In this document: positions 8,769 through 21,736 of the stretch, in pieces
How the letters are laid out: each line of letters starts with the position of its first letter
How positions within the stretch are numbered: position 1 is the first letter of the stretch
Source of the DNA: Nageia nagi
Taxonomy: Eukaryota; Plantae; Pinophyta
Direction of reading: 5' to 3'
DNA: 64,000 bases
Assembly (NCBI GenBank): GCA_050084985.1
Contig: JBITNC010000001.1
Coordinates: 65,286,001-65,350,000 of the forward strand
Notes under the pieces: model-generated
What the model was told of the DNA's origin: nothing
Databases searched by the model: none
What the model saw: only the letters and a program-made list of their open reading frames with translations
Program-made: the position numbers and the translations under genes

Positions 8769-10615
8769 TTGGATTATTGATTCAGGATGCACTAATCACA
8801 TGTGTTATGAAAAGGATAAGTTTGAAAACTTTCATAAGTACAAGAAGGATGCAGTTGTGATAGGTGATAATTCAGTTCTTGATGTTCAAGGAATAGGGAG
8901 TGTGAAGATTCATGGAAAGGTTCTTGATAATGTCTTTTATGTGCCTAAATTAAGGATGAATCTTATCTCCGTAATTCAGATTACAAGGAAAGGATGCTTA
9001 TTTGAGTTTACCTCACACTCCTGGTGTGTTAAGAAAGGACTTGCCACCTTGATGAAAGGATCACTAAAGGATGACCTTTATATTGTGGATCAAGTTCCTT
9101 CAAAGATGTGTCTTACTGCAAATGTTTGTTCAAAGGGTAATCTTTGGCATCAATGATTAGGGTACCTCAACCACAAGAGTATTCAAGATATGAAAAATCA
9201 AGAACTTGTGGAAGGTTTACCTAATATTTCACCCACAATTGGTCTTTGTGAAAGGTGCATTCTAGGAAAGATGAATAGGCAAAAGTTTGAAAAAGATAAG
9301 GCAACTCAGGCTACTCGTCCTCTTCAACTTGTGCATTCAGATTTGATGGGTCCATTTCAGACTAAGTCTCTAGGGGGAGCTTCTTATGTTCTGACCTTCA
9401 TTGATGACTTCAGGAGGATGACATTTGGTTATCTACTTGAGCACAAGGATCAAACTTTTGACAGGTTTAAAGACTTCAAGGCTCTTGTTGAAAATCAAAC
9501 TGATTTTAAGATCAAGATGCTGAGATCTAATAATGGGGGTGAGTATAATAGCAATGAGTTTAATGACTATTGTGTTAAACATGGGATCAAGCGGTAATTC
9601 ACAATCCCTTACACCCATCAACAAAATGGAGTTGCTGAAAGGAAGAATCGAACCATTATGGAAATGGCAAGGTGCATGTTGGGTAACCTTCCTAGTTTCT
9701 TATCGGGTGAAGCTATTCACACTGCTATTCACACCCTAAATAGGTGTCCTACTAAAGTAGTTGAAGGTAAAACTCTGTATGAAGCATGGACAGGAAAGAA
9801 ACCTAACATCTCACACTTTAGGGTCTTCGGTTGTGATGCATTTGCCTTCATTACCTCAAAGAAAAGAAAGAAGTTGGATAAAAGATTAGAAAAATGCATC
9901 TTTGTGGGGTATGATAATCAGCATAGAGGTTACAGGCTCTACTCCTCATCCCATAAAATAGTCTTTATTTCTAGGGATGTCAAGTTCAATGAACTTCCTG
10001 AGGATACGACTTCTCATGCTGAGGTGTCTGATTCAGATGATTCTTCGCCTACACCTAACTGGTTGGATGATAATGTAGGGAAGTCACCACAAGAGCAAAA
10101 TTCTCCAGCTCAGATAATTACAAGGAGTATGACCTTGAATAAATCTTTATTTTCCAAAATTGATAATACGAATGAGCCATCAACCTTCAAAGAAGCTTCC
10201 AAGAAAGAGTGTTGGATGGAAGCTATGAAAGTTGAGTATGAGGCGCTCATGAAAAATGAAACTTGGGATTTGGTTCCTTATCCCAATGAGAAAAATCTGA
10301 TTGGAAATAAATGGATATACAAGGTCAAGTACAATTCTGATGGAGAAATTGAAAAATACAAAGCAAAGTTAGTGGCTAAAGGATTCGCTCAAAAATATGG
10401 TATTGATTATGAGAAAATCATTATGTTGTGCAGAAGTTTGGAATGGAGTGTAGATATGTTACGATCCTAGTCTCTCTTGAAATCATTATTTCTCCAAGCT
10501 CCAACTCTTAGTTAGCTGATGCTATAGCTTATAGGTAATCTTTTATATTTGACTATTTTCAAGTCAAATATTGCCTTTGCAATGAATCTAATGGCTCAAT
10601 TCATGCAAAAACCAT
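8716..10615 (+). pseudogene. Copia pol (PR, INT, RT with internal deletions; RNaseH missing)
   Basis: Motifs WIIDSGCTNHM, LVHSDLMGP, NGGEY, QQNGVAERKNRT, KCIFVGY, EPSTFKEA and KAKLVAKGFAQKYGIDYE. The sequence then jumps to an RT C-terminal remnant (NLLYLT..NIAFAMNLMAQFMQKP). Stops at 9154 and 9595. Confidence 0.92.
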
Positions 10616-10771
10616 ATTTGGCAAAGTAGTGAGTCTCAAACTAGATCTTTCTTACTTCACAAATATGTAAAGAGTTCTCATTTCCATTGTATCTATTTGG
10701 AGGAGAACTCTCTTACTTTGTCTCTTTCTTCTTTCTTATTTGCTCTATCCTAATATTGCATTAAGGGGGAG

Positions 10772-11270
10772 TGTTGGAATGTATAATGCATTATTGTAAA
10801 GGTTATGTAATAATCTTCTATATAAGTTCACTAATACTTAAGGGTATCATTTGATACCTTAAGTATTTAAATGAATATGTTAATGTAACTTATCCTACAC
10901 TCCATGTCATGAGCATGCCCCTTGGGTAAAAGGATGTGCATATCATGCTTTTGTACATTGGATAAAAAGGTAATCTAAAGAGGGATTTTGGCCTATAAAT
11001 AGAAGGCTCCTTCTTTGAGATCACACACCAATTTGTGAAGTAAAGTTATGCTATAGGATAGTGTTTAGGAGATGAATTAGAAGAATTGTAAGAGATTCAT
11101 ATTTATGAATGAAATGAGATCAAGTTAGTGGATGTACTCCTAATTGGAGGAACCACTTACATCTTATGTCACTTTATGAGATTGTCTTCTTAAGTTATCT
11201 TGATGTTAGTATGAGCTTTCATGTGATCTTGAGAGTTTAGAGTTGTTTAGTTTATAGTTCAATTCTCTCA
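10772..11270 (+). repeat. 3' LTR, Copia family A
   Basis: TGTTGG...CTCA after the PPT; CCTATAAATAG TATA box at ~10992; homologous to 32951-33440 and 57525-58033. Confidence 0.9.
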
Positions 11271-11380
11271 AAAATAACATGTGACTATCATGTCATAGGA
11301 TGTCGATGCATTCCTGTGTGTGAAATATTTTCCAATTTTTTTTTTTTGTATGTGGATTATTGTGCTTCTTTCCCTTAAAT

Positions 11381-11975
11381 TTTCTAGTGGATGCGATTCA
11401 TTATAGATGAGCATCTATAATCCATTAGAAATGGACATCTATAAAAAAAATAGATTTTGAATTTCTGACATAACATAATAATAAGCATTTACAATCCTTA
11501 GGTGATGGTCATATTAAAGTTGAAATACCCTACCTAATGAGTGTTTGATTTCTCTAACAGAAAAGCATCTACAATTCCTCATATATGAGTATCTACAATC
11601 CTGCATAAATGAGATTCTACAATCTTGTATAGATGAGTATCTACAATCATATTAAAGTTGAAATACCCTACCTGATAAGCATTTGATTTCTCTAACAAAA
11701 AAGCATCTACAATTCCTCATATATGAGTATCTACAATCTTGCATAAATGAAATTTTGCAATCTCGTATAGATGAGCATCTACAATCTTGCATAAATGAGC
11801 ATCTATAATCTTACAAAGATGAGCATTTGCAATATCACATAGATGAGCATTTGCAATCCCACATAGATGAGCATATGCATTCTCGCACAAATAAGCATTT
11901 GGATTTCTTGATTATCAAGCACCCGTAATCCCTCACAAACAAGTGTTTGTAATCACTCACAAATGAGCATCTTAG
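11381..11975. repeat. ~22-bp tandem array with palindromic AGATGAGCATCT core, probably CACTA-type subterminal repeats
   Basis: Repeated (A/G)ATGAGCATCTACAATC units; higher-order ~140-bp duplication (11510-11650 vs 11650-11790); inverted repeat at 11381-11431. Confidence 0.7.
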
Positions 11976-12299
11976 AGAACTTGAAAATTTAAAATGTTGG
12001 TATATATGATATAATCTCATAAAATTTATATATAGGGTATAATTGGTGATTTCATTGATAAAAAGTAAATTTTTTTTTATTTTCAAGGTGATTGCTTGCA
12101 AAAATATTGGAGGTAAAAGTGGTTATTTACACTTATCTTTATAAAAAATTAATAAAATGTTAGCTACCTGATCCATAAATTTTTTAATCATGTAAAATTT
12201 AGGCTAAATGGTGCAATATCTGAGGTTCAAATTTTTGAAATATTTAAACATTAAAATTTTTTATATTAGTTGATTGGCTAATATTCACTGTTATGCATA

Positions 12300-14056
12300 A
12301 TGCTTCTTGGAATGTTAGGGGGTTTCATCCCCCATTGACTCTAGGTCTAGTTAAATCTTTATTCCATCATGAGAAACTAACTACACTACTTATCCAAGAA
12401 TCAAAGATTCAATAGGAAGATCTATAGAAACTTAAGAATAAATTTTGGTCAAATAGTTTCATTTTCCATAGTTATGCCTTTGAACAATCTGGTGCTATGC
12501 TTATTCTTTAGGATAGCCCACTTATATCTTACACCCTAGAACACTCCAACCAATTTTGATGGCTACCTTTGTACATTTCCTATATATAGGTAAACACTTT
12601 ATTTTGATCAATATTTATGATCCTCATCCACGTACTCATAAGCGGGAGATTTGGAATTAAATCTTAGGATAGGGTCAAATTTTAGGAGAATTTCCCTACA
12701 TCATCAAAGGGCACTTTAATATTATTAGGCATATAAGAAAAAGGATAGGTAGGTCAAGGAAATTGGAGCCCATCTTGAATGAATTTATAGATCAACTACA
12801 TATAATAGAACCCTTTTGCATCAATGGATCTTGTACATGGTCCAATAAATAATAAGGTGATCAAAATATATAAGAGAAACTAGATAGATTTTTTCTTACT
12901 CTCAATTGGTATGAGTAGGAATCAACTCTACAAACAAAAATCCTACCCTATGGTAGATCTAACCATTGGCCAGTAGGTTTGTAGTGGTACGTTCCAACTA
13001 GACTAAAATTGATTCCCTTTAGATTCCAAAGGATATGGCTCCTTTACCCCTCATTCAATGAATTAGTGGAAGCTTGCTGGAAGGAGGAAGATAGCATTTA
13101 AAGGACTACAATGTTCAAATTTATAACTAAACTACAAATATTGAGAGCTAATCTTAAAAAAGGAACAAATAGGACTTCAAGGATGTGTTGTAAATGAAGG
13201 AAAAGCTAGAAATATACCTTCAAGAAATATAATCTCAAATGCTAAGATCCAAAAATGGTAATCCTCTTGGTTTGGAAAGATAGATAAAGCATGATTTAGA
13301 GAGAATATACCTCCAAGAAGAGATTTTCTAGAAGTAGAAAGCTAGAATCTAATGGCTCTAAAAATGGGATAAAAATACTAGGTACTTTAATCTCATAGCA
13401 ATGGCTCATAGAGCCCAAAATAGAATCTCCTACTTGGTAACCCAATTAGGTTACCATCTCTCTACAATAGAAGAAATGGAAAATCACATTCTTTCATACT
13501 TCCAAGACCTTCTCTTAAAGGAGGAAAATCAAAGAAATGAAGCTCCAATACAAATACTAAGATCAATCCCAAAATTAGTCTCCCCTACTCAAAATTAGTT
13601 TCTATTATACCCAATCCAAGAAGAAGAAGTAAAAGCAACTTTCTTCTAATTGAAACCCTCCAGTTCCCTTAGCCTAGATGGATTCCTTCCTAGTTTCCTC
13701 CAATACTTTTGGTGTTTGCTAAAGGATGAAATCACTATAGTAGTATGAGAATCATTCTCCTCCAAAAAGATGCTTGGTAAGCTAAATCATACTTTCTTAG
13801 TGCTCATACCTAAATATGAGGAACCTAAAAAAATTGATTCTTTAGACCAATTTCCCTTTACAATGCAATCTATAAAGTTACCTTAAAAGTAGAAGTCAAC
13901 AAAATTAAAAAAATCCTTCTTGACATTATTTCAAAGGGAAAAAAAAAGCATTTTTCAGTGGGAAAACACATTTCAAATAGAGTGGCCATAATCCATGAAC
14001 TAATTCACTCCATAAACATCAAGCAAAAAAAGGATCTTATTAAAATTAGATATGAC
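12300..14056 (+). mobile_element. Degenerate L1-type LINE ORF2 (AP endonuclease to start of RT)
   Basis: Motifs in order across frames: SWNVRG, IQESK, INIY, EKLDRFF, SNHWP, FRFQ..WL, DKNTRYF, DGF, LNHTFLVLIPK, RPISL.NAIYK, IKLDM. Confidence 0.88.
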
Positions 14057-14059
14057 ACC

Positions 14060-15130
14060 ATTTATTAGTAGGAGATACCATTCCATTCTTCTTATATGGA
14101 TTATTATTATTCTTATATTGGTACAATTTTGGGTGAAGCTTCCAACATTTTTCATCCACATGACCATCCTTGCCATAATTTAAGGAATCCCTACTTTCAT
14201 TTTCTTTCTTTAAATTGTTACAATTTTCTTTTCTTACTGCTTTACCTTGCCTTTTCTTAACATTTGCTCCATTCTTGATATCCTTATAATTTGGATTCTT
14301 CTTGGAGCTTTTATATTATTTTCTTTGCCTCACATATTCTTCCAAATATTGATCTTGCATACTCACTTGGTCAAAGATTAGTAGGACTAAACAACATAAT
14401 AATGTTTTATAAATGATTATGTAATCCTCCAATGTACTTCATCAAAACTTGAGTATGTTTGAGAGAAATCCCAAACAAATTTTCTTATTTTCTAAATTCT
14501 ATAGTATATTATTTGACTATTATCCCCTTTGCTATCTAAAGAATTACTATTTTATGAGTTTCTTATTATGATGACCCAATGGATAAAATTGATCTCTCAA
14601 CAAATTATTGAAATAATCCTAAGAAGAGTTTGACAATTGGTTTTCATATTGTAGAGATTCAACATGGATTTCCCACAAAATCAATTATGACCTCCCAACA
14701 TTAATCATCTAAAGGAAATATTTTGACTATAATTAAGAACATGCTGAATTTGAAAATTTACCTCTAGTTATTTCAAGCAATTATTGAGTTTCTCATCATC
14801 TACCTCCCCTCCAAAAGTGGGGATTTCCATTTTATTCTCTACTTTAAATGGAAGTGAAATGGTGACATGAGTAGTACCTCTAGTATCTAGTATGCTTCCA
14901 TCATTTTCAGGAGTTCTAGCCTCCTCCTTAGATTACCTACATTGCAGCATATATATGATCCTAGCCATGTTATTTTCCATTACAACAAATCTCCTCTAAA
15001 AATAAGACTCTATCAATTTGGGATGTCTTACTTATAGATCATCCATGAGATTTTTTCTTATAAGCCTTCTTCCAATTTCAGGATCAATAGAAAATAACTC
15101 CCCTTTTTGATATCTTCTACCTTGCACTCA
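14060..15130 (-). mobile_element. Degenerate Ty3/Gypsy gag fragment
   Basis: Minus strand LPFKVENKMEIPTFGGEVDDEKLNNCLK*LEVNF resembles the N-terminal Gypsy gag 'IP.F.G..D.EK...W....E..F' motif. Confidence 0.6.
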
Positions 15131-17779
15131 TAAGCCTAAAACAAAATATTGTAACCAAATTTAATATTGATCACATGATCTATAATTCTTGGAAGCCTAT
15201 GACTTTCTTTGCTCATAATATATATATTTCTTAATTTTTTATTGTCCACATAAATATTTCATATGTAATTTTGCATAATAATATAAATTTGAGGAGTAAA
15301 ATAGTAATAAAATTCTATAAACATATAATCAATAATGTACACAAAAATATTTATATTGGTTCTTATCAGTGTGAGAGTAATCCATTTTAATTAGATCTCT
15401 TTATTCTTATATATACAATAAATATTAAAATAAGTTAAGAAATGGAGAGGAAATGCCATCACACAATAATATAGAATACTCCTTCTCAACTCTGCAATAT
15501 TTTGAACCTTTAAGCATCAATAAGTCTATTTATAACACATCAATTGATTTGTAAACCCTAACTTAAGAGTTTACTTTGGATCTCACACTTTCTTTATCTT
15601 AGTGCCTGTAGAAATAAAAATGCACACCAAAACAATTACACAACATGATGAACATAAGAAGTATTATCTCACATAATGTGGGCTACATCCTACAAATCAT
15701 GATCCATTATTATAGGTACCATCTTACAATGTCATTTACATAATCCTTTCACTTCATTCTTTTGTTTGTCAAAGTTGAGTCACACGATTATGAATCTCTT
15801 CTCAATGAGAGCCTGTAAGCATAATCCCATGTCTCTATCCTCGAGTCAACATATTTGGAATAACTCGTTGTCTCCTTTCTCCATGGTAATGATATCGTCC
15901 ATCTTCTTCTTCTTATTCCATGATCATAATATTATTTATAGATTTTTTACAACTTTTGTAAGTTTAAATATAACTCTAAGAATACTCTCATGGCTATGAT
16001 GATGTCCATAGAGTTTACATCAAAAAGGTATTTTTCTACATTATTCAAAACCTAAACTAACATACTCCCCTTCGAAGGAAATCCCCACTAAGAGACTTAA
16101 CCTTTCCACTCTCCATTTTCTCGATGGCTATGTCTGACTTATTCCTTAGAAACACTTTAGTGTCTGATTGATGGTTGTTACCTCCATGTTAGCACTTTAT
16201 TTTTTTATTCACGTGGTTAGCATGTTAGTAGTAACCATGGATGACTGGCATGATTAAGGATTGGCACAAGCGCATAGTTTTTTGGTGGGTCCATTCATAG
16301 GCTAGCGTGACTCCATCCATCTCCACATCCTAAGCCTTTTCCCCTCTTTACCAGAGGCTCCCTTCATTGGCTCCCCATTGTACATGTGGAATGGCAAATC
16401 TTCCATATTATATGACCTCTAGATTCTGTTGTTTCTCATAAACTCTATGTATGCGATCAAAGATTCTTTGAGGATAGTAATACATATCTTCACTTGCCAA
16501 CTCATAGTCTATGAATAGGAAAATTCCCACCACCATTTATTTTCTATGTGGATGGAGCTCTGCCACTTTGTATGTTGACTTGCGTTGTTTACATGGAAGG
16601 TTATCGATCAAACACTCTTTTCGTGATCGCTAATTAAGAAATTACCACCTTGGATGTTGGGTCCCACTAGTGGATTTAAAATTATGTTGAAAGGTTTTTA
16701 TTTGCCCCTTTCAATTTTAAAAATAATAATTTTTAATATTATTTTTTTTTAAACTTCAAGGGGTGATATTTTGTGAACCATAACTCCATTTTTATTATCA
16801 TTCAAAGTATCAAAATCTTAGAGAAGAGGACTTCAACATTGAGCATTTTAATTCAACAAAAGAGGAACTTCAATTTTTCACTTTTTTAATAGGTCCAAAA
16901 ATCCATTTCGAATCAACAACAATAGTGCCAACAACAAAAAACATCAACAACCTATCAATTATTTCAATAAAACTATCTCTCCAACTCTCTAACCTTCAAT
17001 AATATATTCTACAAGAGAAATAACCATAAACCTACATCAAACCATTTCCAACCAACTATATGATTTCCAAAATGAATGTGGGCAACTAAAATGATCTCAA
17101 CCATTTAGTTTTTCGCTTCAAAATACATAAATAATGGAATCAACATTGTAGGCTATAACATCAATGCCTTACTTAGAGGTCTTGAACAATGTCATCAATG
17201 TTCTTTCTATCGATCCATATCATCAAATTGATTGAGTTTATCTAATTCTAAGCATGTAGAGACCATTAGTGCATAAATCACTACTCGTGGAGGATCAAAC
17301 TTCTAAATTGACCCTTTGTGGATCATGAATATTGCAATATATTGATCTAAATTTTAGATAAAGATGCTTGGAGTTTTGTAGCTCTATTTGGGGCATGCGA
17401 GTCATTTGCTTTGGAAATTCTTAACGAGCTTTATCTAATTATATTGAAATATCAACAATTTAAAAAGTTAATATTTTGTGACCAAGCCATCTTTTAAGCC
17501 TCTAAATATTTACATTTCTATAGTCCCCAACCTTCAAAATCTTCCACATTATAGCCATTACTAATAATGAATAATATTTTAATAAGTAATCTTATATACA
17601 TAATTTATAATGAGGATAATAAAATAAGATCAAGAATTAGATTATATAAATATATAAATATGGGAGAGTCTCATCTTCTTCTTTCTTAATGATATAATTA
17701 CACTACAATTTAAAAATTTGTAGAGTTATCAACAATAACATTAAGAGGATATACCAAGGGATAAGATGGAAAATATGAG

Positions 17780-18680
17780 ATGGAGTGAAAGTCTCTTTTT
17801 CTGAATATAGTTGGATAGTTGATAGATCTATTGAAAATATTATGCATTGAAGATTAAGAAGGAGATTCTTAGAGAAAAGTTTAGACTAATAGTTGAAGAT
17901 TGCTTTCAATTAGGAAAATATTAGAATCAAACATTGGAAGGATAAGATATTCAATAGTATTATAGAAAATCAAACTTGTAAAAAATTAGAAGATAAGATA
18001 TACAACTTTTTATGAAAAATTATGAGCAAGACATGTTGATTTAGGATATAAACTCCTTAAGAAAGTATACACCATAAGCATGGACAACTTTTTAGATAAA
18101 ATTTATAAAATCTAGAATTTGGTAAAAAATAATTGTTAAAGAAAAAGGTGTGCCAAAGCTAAAAGACCTTTATAATATTATTATTCCATAAGAAGATTCT
18201 TAACTGCTATAAGTTTAGTAGCAAATGATTTGAAGGTTCTAGTTGATGTATCATATACACGCAAGATGATGAATCAGTTAATTACCTACTTGGAATGTAA
18301 TATAAGTTTAAAAGTTAAATATTTTATTCCAAAGCAAGAGGACAATATTTGAAATATACTTTAGATGAGATCAACTAGACATAAGATAGTAGAAAATTAA
18401 ATCTTGCTAGTGTTCAAAATAGAATCCTATAAAGATAGGAAGAACATGAATAACCCATAACAACTTTGGAGGAATTTGTAACTCGATTTTGGTCAATATT
18501 AATGTTCAAACTAATAGTGAGATGGAAATTACCATCATGAGAAATGTATGAGAATTTGTATACAAATAGGAAATTCTAAAAATGTGAAGACAATAAGATT
18601 GCTTGTTATTATCTAATATATTTTAAAAGGATTGCAAGTATAAATGAACATACAACCAAAACTAGAAAGTTGGAAAAATG
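17780..18680 (+). other. Possible decayed endogenous caulimovirid fragment (aspartic protease + 30K movement protein)
   Basis: Frame-broken motifs: WIVD.., QDMLI.G.NSLRKYTP (protease C-terminus), VPKLKDLYNI, ISLKVKYFIPKQED..., TRHK, ILVNINVQT and ..KxMNIQPK (MP-like). Confidence 0.35.
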
Positions 18681-18755
18681 AGTCAAAAATCTAAGTTTTT
18701 AAAATTACTAATCAATGTCTTTGGCTAGAAACATATAAGGCATTCGTTAGTTTAA

Positions 18756-18841
18756 TAAGACTTGACAATTTAGTAAATATCATCATGACTAGTAATTAAG
18801 ACTTGACAATTTAGTAAATATCATCATTACTAGTAATTAAG
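18756..18841. repeat. 41-bp direct tandem duplication
   Basis: TAAGACTTGACAATTTAGTAAATATCATCATGACTAGTAAT x2, with 1 mismatch. Confidence 0.9.
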
Positions 18842-19368
18842 TTGGTTTCAATTTAACAAAGATAATTTTTTATTAAATATATTTCACTTGAAAATACATG
18901 ATGATACTTATTCATGAAAGATGGATTGATAAAATTAGATAATTTCTATTTCAAAGGATTAATTCATGATTTTAAAATTTCACAATCTTTCTTCAAAATT
19001 TTGAATAACAAAATATAAGAAAACAAAAAAGATAATGAAGAATATAAATTGAAATACATTAAAATTGTATAATTTTGAATGAAAAGATGATAAATGCTAA
19101 TAATATTTTAAATTTTAATCCCATATTAAAATAGAGATATTTATAATGACAGAACATAATAGAAAGAAAAGGCCAACCAGTTGATTATAATAATAATTTA
19201 GAACACACAAAATACAAGAAGACGGCAGGCACGAACTTATTTGGCTGAAAGAGTCATAATAGATTAACTATTTCACCGAATAACCGAATAAGAGTTTGCT
19301 ACTACTTGTTTAGCCTGCATAAAAAGAAGATATTAGATTCATTGTTATGATACTGAGAGCTCCTGCTA

Positions 19369-21670
19369 CTACTTTGGCAATCGGTACACTCCAATTCGGC
19401 TTCGGACTTCCGAGCCCAGCACCAATTTTCTGAGTCTGCTGCATCCAGTAATGAGAGAGATTGTCCCAACAAAATCCAATCCCAAATCCAACATCTGACA
19501 TGCTTTCATCCACTCCCCTGCACACTGACCACCTTGACGACTCCACAGTATCAGGCTTCTCTGATTTGGGGTTGTACTGTTTGCATTTTGGTAAAGGGGG
19601 TCCGCATAGACCCTGGTTATCCTGGAATGCGCTATCATTGAACGTGCCAAATTGAGTTCCACTGGGTATCGGTCCATAAAGCCTGTTTGATGAAACATTC
19701 AAGAACGCTAACATGGACAAGTTAGAAAGCTCCTGGGGAATGCTCTCTGTCAGCTTATTGTGAGACAAGTCCAACTGCTCCAGAGTTGATATCTGCCCAA
19801 TGGATGGCGGTATTTTCCCTTCTAGTCCATTTCTAGACAGATTTAGTATGCGCAGGCTACTAAGCTTCCCTATGCTTGGTGGTATTTCACCTGTGAGATT
19901 ATTGCCTGACAAGTCAAGCACGGTGTTTGCTGTCAATACATAGTCGAATTGCTGTTGCTGACCTTTCACTATAAGTTGCATATACACATAGAGGGTGCTG
20001 CCACTGACTCGGGGATTTCCAAGGTTTCCAAACCCATGAAGACTCTCCAGATGACAGTCAGGTATTCTTCCCTGTAATCTATTGTTGGACAAATCCAGCA
20101 CTTGTAGCTGGGTGAGGTTGGTAATCCATGTTGGAATACTGCCCTGAGGCATATTATATCCTAAACTCAAAACCCTCAAATCCTGAAAATATGCCATGTA
20201 TGGAGGAAGATAACCTGTCAATCTATTGTTCTTTAAATCCAAAAGTTGGATATGCGTACAGTTGCCCAAGGATGGAGGCAGAGTACCGGAAAAAAAATTA
20301 GAGTCAGCGGACAAAACTTCCAAAGAAGGAGAAAATCTTATATCTGTGAGACTTCCATGGAATGAATTGTAGGATAGCTTTCGCTCCTTCAGAGATGTAT
20401 AGTTACTGAGTGCAGCTAGAATTCTGCCTGACAAATATGCATTGTTGTCAAGACACAGTGTTTCAAGCTTTGTCAACATATTTATACTTTCGGGTATGCT
20501 ACCCGTGAGCTTGTTTGTGCCAAAATTCAAAAACTTCAACTCTCTCAACTTTCCAATATCCTTCGGAAAGATTCCAGTCAAACTGTTGTTTCCAAGATTG
20601 AGTGACTAAGTTGTTTCCAAGATTGAGGTAGACTAACTGATTTAGTCTTCCAATATCCTTGGGAATAGTGCCTGATAAATAATTACTGTCAAAGACCAAG
20701 TTCCTCAAGCTTGTTCAAGGTAGCTATACCTACAGGAATGGGACCGTTAGATAGTTTTCTCCTAAATATAAATAGGCCAACTCTGTCAACTTTCCTATAT
20801 CCTTCGGAATAGGTCCATTGAAATTGTTAGCGCTAAGAGACAATAGACGGAGAGATGTCCAATTGCCAAGGGAAGGAGGAATGTTACCAGTTAGCCGGTT
20901 GTTTTCCAAGGCAAGAACTGACAGGGTTTTTACCCCACTTAAAAAGGAGGGGAATGGACCAATGAAACTGTTATAACCCAGAATCAGACTTACAAGACAT
21001 GTGCAGTTGCTCAGAGAAGTGGGGATGCTTCCAATCAAATAATTGTACGACAGGCGGAGGTGCTCTAATCTCTGGAAGCCGACCAAACTCTGGTGGTATG
21101 CTCCCACTCAAATTGTTTTTTGAAAGTCTAATCCACTGAAGATGTTTGCAATTAGCCAGAGATTTGGGAATATGACCCGTAAGAAGGTTACTTTTGAGGT
21201 CAAGCACCCTCAATGCTTTCAACCACCCAGCTGTGGTGGAATAGTTCCACTGAAATAATTACTGGACAGATTCAAAGTATGCAGCAAGGAAAGATTTCCC
21301 AAGGAAGGAGAAATTGTACCTTGTAATTGGAGATCGGGGAGGACGATGGCAACCACTCTTTGAGTATGTTTTCTGCACCAAACACCGTTCCACGAGCACA
21401 CCTCCTCCGAGTTGTTTGCAGTCCAAGTGGAGAGCGCTTGCAGTGGATCTGTCTTAATGGCTTTTCTGAAGGACAGCAGAGCTTCAATATCCCTCCTATC
21501 AACGGAACCGTCGTTTGCAAGCAGCATAAGCTCGTTTGGGACGAAAAAACTTCCTCCCACCTAATGTCCATGCAAAAAGCTTTCTCCTTAAAATATGTAT
21601 GGTTAGCAGCCTTGGCATCACTGATTGCAAATGCCATGGCCAAAGCCAAGCTCAGCAATATCTTCATCAT
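19369..21670 (-). pseudogene. LRR receptor-like protein RLP-1 (signal peptide, LRRNT, eLRRs, island, TM, short tail); frameshifted in this assembly
   Basis: MMKILLSLALAMAFA signal peptide; EALLSFRK..W..CSWNGVWC cap; LxxLxLxxNxLxGxIP repeats; F..N.GLCGPPL; GFGIGF TM; tail ends GVYRLPK* at 19369; no kinase domain. Confidence 0.9.
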
Positions 21671-21727
21671 TATCAACACACCATCCATTTCCCTCCTTAG
21701 ATATCAAAACAGGTTTGAGGTCTCCAA

Positions 21728-21736
21728 ATTTATAGG
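21728..21736 (-). promoter_or_regulatory. TATA box of RLP-1
   Basis: CCTATAAAT on minus strand ~60 nt upstream of the ATG; conserved in the RLP-3 relic (35022-35030). Confidence 0.65.

Larger units (their letters stand above)
4530..11270 (+). mobile_element. Ty1/Copia family A, copy 2 (partial 5' LTR, PBS, 3.1-kb leader, gag-pol with RT/RNaseH deletions, PPT, 3' LTR)
   Basis: PBS-like TGGTATCAAGAGC at 4655-4667; Copia domain order gag-PR-INT-RT; PPT AAGGGGGAG at 10763-10771 followed by a TG..CA LTR. Confidence 0.93.

Noticed and set aside
8700-8770. Programmed gag/pol frameshift
   Set aside because: Copy 4 (ORF 59558-59854) reads through this junction in one frame, so the shift is a mutation or sequencing error.
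11381-11975. CRISPR-like array
   Set aside because: Eukaryotic context; linkers are short and related to each other rather than unique spacers; no cas genes.
15600-16700. Minus-strand PPT+LTR (GAAGGGGAGTA-TGTTAG at ~16045)
   Set aside because: No partner LTR, TSD or coding support; left uncalled.
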